From: Octopus vulgaris
Lineage: Eukaryota
Assembly: GCA_951406725.2 (NCBI GenBank)
Contig: OX597819.1
Coordinates: forward strand, 9,734,001 to 9,798,000
Reading direction: 5' to 3'
DNA length: 64,000 nt
Translations under genes and position numbers: made by a program
Notes under the pieces: generated by a model
Databases searched by the model: none
What the model saw: only the letters and a program-made list of their open reading frames with translations
What the model was told of the DNA's origin: nothing
Part shown: one piece after another, positions 13,761-64,000 of the stretch
How the letters are laid out: each line of letters begins with the position of its first letter
Position numbering within the stretch: position 1 is the stretch's first letter

Positions 13761-13869
13761 AAACTGACAGCTGTTTCGGCAGTGAGGACAGTCATACCTC
13801 ATTTAACCTATAAGCCATAAAGGCAGGTATAAATGAGGCATTGATCCCTTTTCGCCTCTTCAGAGAATT
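13761..13869 (-). ncRNA. Type I hammerhead ribozyme motif (Penelope-type)
   Basis: Minus strand: UCU-CUGAAGA-GGCG[long hairpin]UGCC-GAAA-CAGCUG-UC-AG. Palindromic stem III; stem I is weak. Confidence 0.7.
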
Positions 13870-14043
13870 AAATTAAATTTGTTATAATAGTGAAAAATAT
13901 TATATAATCATATACATATAAATATAAAAATATAAAAATGTAAAATATAAAAACTTATACATCATAATGCTACACTTATATAATATAATACACATTTGTA
14001 CAAAAGGAAGGTAAACAGAACAAAATAAAACAAAATATATACA

Positions 14044-14086
<43 letters not shown>

Positions 14087-14091
<5 letters not shown>

Positions 14092-14298
14092 CGAGCTGGC
14101 AGAATCGTTTGCACACCGGTCAAAATGCTTAGTAGCATTTGGTCTGTCTTTACGTTCTGAGTTCAAATTCTACCGTGGTCGACTTGCCTTTCATCCTTTC
14201 AGGGTCGATAAAATAAGTACCAGTTGAGCACCAGGGTCAATGTAATCAACTTACCCCTTCCTCGAACTTGCTAGGCTTGTGTCAATATTTGAAACCAT
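14087..14298 (+). mobile_element. SINE family C
   Basis: AAGGCGAGCTGGCAGAATCG head plus core, inserted in (TA)n. Confidence 0.8.
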
Positions 14299-14302
14299 AT
14301 CG

Positions 14303-14359
<57 letters not shown>

Positions 14360-14496
14360 TATATTACATTAGAGATAAAACCACTATTAGGCAAATCAAA
14401 CAATGAAAAACTTAAGCCAATACATAAAATTAATTAATTTATATTATTCTAAATATATATCAAAAGTATTAAAAGTTTAATAAAAGATAATGAGTA

Positions 14497-14570
14497 TAAC
14501 ACTACGATCGTTTCATGGCTGTCCAATTCGTAATAATTCGAGTTATGGTTACAGTCAATCTTCAGGTAAA
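14497..14570 (-). ncRNA. Type I hammerhead ribozyme motif (decayed stem II)
   Basis: UAC-CUGAAGA-UUGACUGU..ACAGCCAU-GAAA-CGAUCG-UA-GUG. Lies between the direct repeats ttagagataaaaccacta at 14369 and 14599. Confidence 0.6.
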
Positions 14571-14680
14571 TGAAATATTTATCTTAGCTAGTTTTAAATT
14601 AGAGATAAAACCACTACTAGGTTTATAAAATTGGATTTAATCCAAAATCTAATTTTTCCCTGCAAGTTTGGATTTACTCC

Positions 14681-14759
<79 letters not shown>

Positions 14760-15057
14760 ATTTATATATATAAGAGGAATGGGGTTTTGGAAACGGTAGA
14801 GCGTAGAACCATATTCTTTAGAGTATTAAGTTCCTCCCTTCTACATTCTCTGAATTATGAATTCAAGCCTCCTGTGTCAGTGAGATAAATATTAGTCATG
14901 TATTAAATTAAATCAACTGACAATACTCCTCCAAATAATTCGGTCCTTCTATTAATATAAGAAATGATTATACATATTTCAAAAGGTATATATATATATA
15001 TATATATTACAACATGCATGCGTGTAATTATACTAAAACGTCACTTTATCATTTCAG

Positions 15058-62732
<47,675 letters not shown>

Positions 62733-62769
62733 GTTGGTTACTTTATTTGATGATTCTATTTTGTCTCTA

Positions 62770-62857
<88 letters not shown>

Positions 62858-63014
62858 GTCTGTGTGTCCTCACCACTGCTTTTAACTGGTGTGGGTGTGT
62901 CCCCGTAACTTAACGGTTCTGAAAAAAAACTGATAGACTAAGAAGTACCACACTTTAAAAAAAGTAAGTGCTAGGATCCATTTCTTCGACTAAAATTCTT
63001 CCAGGTAACAAAAG

Positions 63015-63047
<33 letters not shown>

Positions 63048-63071
63048 TGTATGTATGTATGTATGTATGTT

Positions 63072-63690
63072 GTGTCAGGTCACTTTCGAGTGCTACTGGT
63101 AACATGTAACCCACTACAACCTGCTGCATGGTCGGGCCGTCGGCGACTAAACTGGCAACACCACCAAGCTTGCTTGGTGAGGAGGGTGTTTATTGGACAC
63201 CCTGTGGGATGAAAAACAAAACCCGTCAACGGCCATCCAATAAATGTCTTAAGGTTGTATCATGCATGAGGACATAGAAATAATCGGATTGAATACCCGA
63301 TCGCGCAGTTAAACCATTGGGAGTGAAGGACTCCTAGCCTTTGTTAGGGCATCCTTCTAGGAGAAGGTAACTCAGGTAACTGGGATAACTCCGACATAAA
63401 ACCTGCGGCTCAGTGGTTACCGATGATGTCGACTTGTTCTTCTTTTCGGATTATGGCTGCTGTTGCTTAGTGAGTGGGATTGATTCAGTGCACAGCCTTT
63501 CCTCACTTTAAAAAAAAGTCCTCTTGCACAGGCATTGCATGATAATATTGTTCATGATTGTTGATAGTGCTGTGAGTCTCAACTGAATGGCTGGCTGTAG
63601 CCTTAAAAAGCAAGTCACATTCGATCACAGCACCAATAACAGTTGAGCTTCGTGCAATGCCAATACTCGATAATGAGGGGGCAGCCATCA
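63072..63690 (+). mobile_element. Putative non-autonomous RTE-related element inserted in (TATG)n
   Basis: The 3' end GCAATG..CTCG..GAG..GCCATCAT plus (GTAT)n resembles the RTE 3' end at 28122-28160. No ORF. Confidence 0.5.
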
Positions 63691-63915
63691 TGTATGTATG
63701 TATGTATGCATGTATGTATGTATGTATGTATGTATGTATGTATGTATGTATGTATGTATGTATGTATGTATGTATGTATGTATGTATGTATGTATGTGTC
63801 GATATGAATATAAGTTTCTTCCACTCAAAAATGTGTGCCTAGATGAGAAATTACAATTATTATTTAAGTCATCGTCGTGATCTTCAATATCATCACCATC
63901 ATCATCATCATTATC

Positions 63916-63954
<39 letters not shown>

Positions 63955-64000
63955 TTGTTATTATTATTATTACTAGTATTATTATTATTATTATTATTAT

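Noticed and set aside
63078-63160. HDV-like ribozyme at the 5' end of the RTE-related element
   Set aside because: P3- and P4-like pieces are visible, but I could not build consistent P1, P1.1 and P2 pairings by eye.

Overview
Eukaryotic, AT-rich, microsatellite- and SINE-dense DNA. The repeat landscape strongly suggests an octopus genome (inferred). Nearly all ORFs in the supplied track are microsatellite or SINE artefacts. The only host gene I can support is the middle of an adhesion GPCR on the + strand, ADGRG-like in its 7TM motifs. Nine GT-AG exons between 15058 and 62732 splice in frame (1258 nt, about 419 aa): EGF, HRM, GAIN, GPS (HL|TSFSVLL) and TM1. Its start and the rest of the 7TM are not found in the window. 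The introns hold four tRNA-derived SINE families, ten copies of a non-autonomous Helitron, a Helitron Rep/Hel remnant, Merlin and maT (DD37D) transposase remnants, a Merlin-type MITE, RTE, CR1 and Tx1-type LINE fragments, and Penelope-like terminal repeats. Most notable: (1) an open TM2-TM3 segment lies out of order, upstream of the TM1 exon; (2) the GPS has lost both partners of one disulfide but keeps the cleavage triad; (3) several Penelope-type hammerhead ribozyme motifs occur, with intact cores on the antisense strand and broken cores on the sense strand; (4) several fold-back structures are present. I cannot claim a wholly new biological system; these are testable leads.
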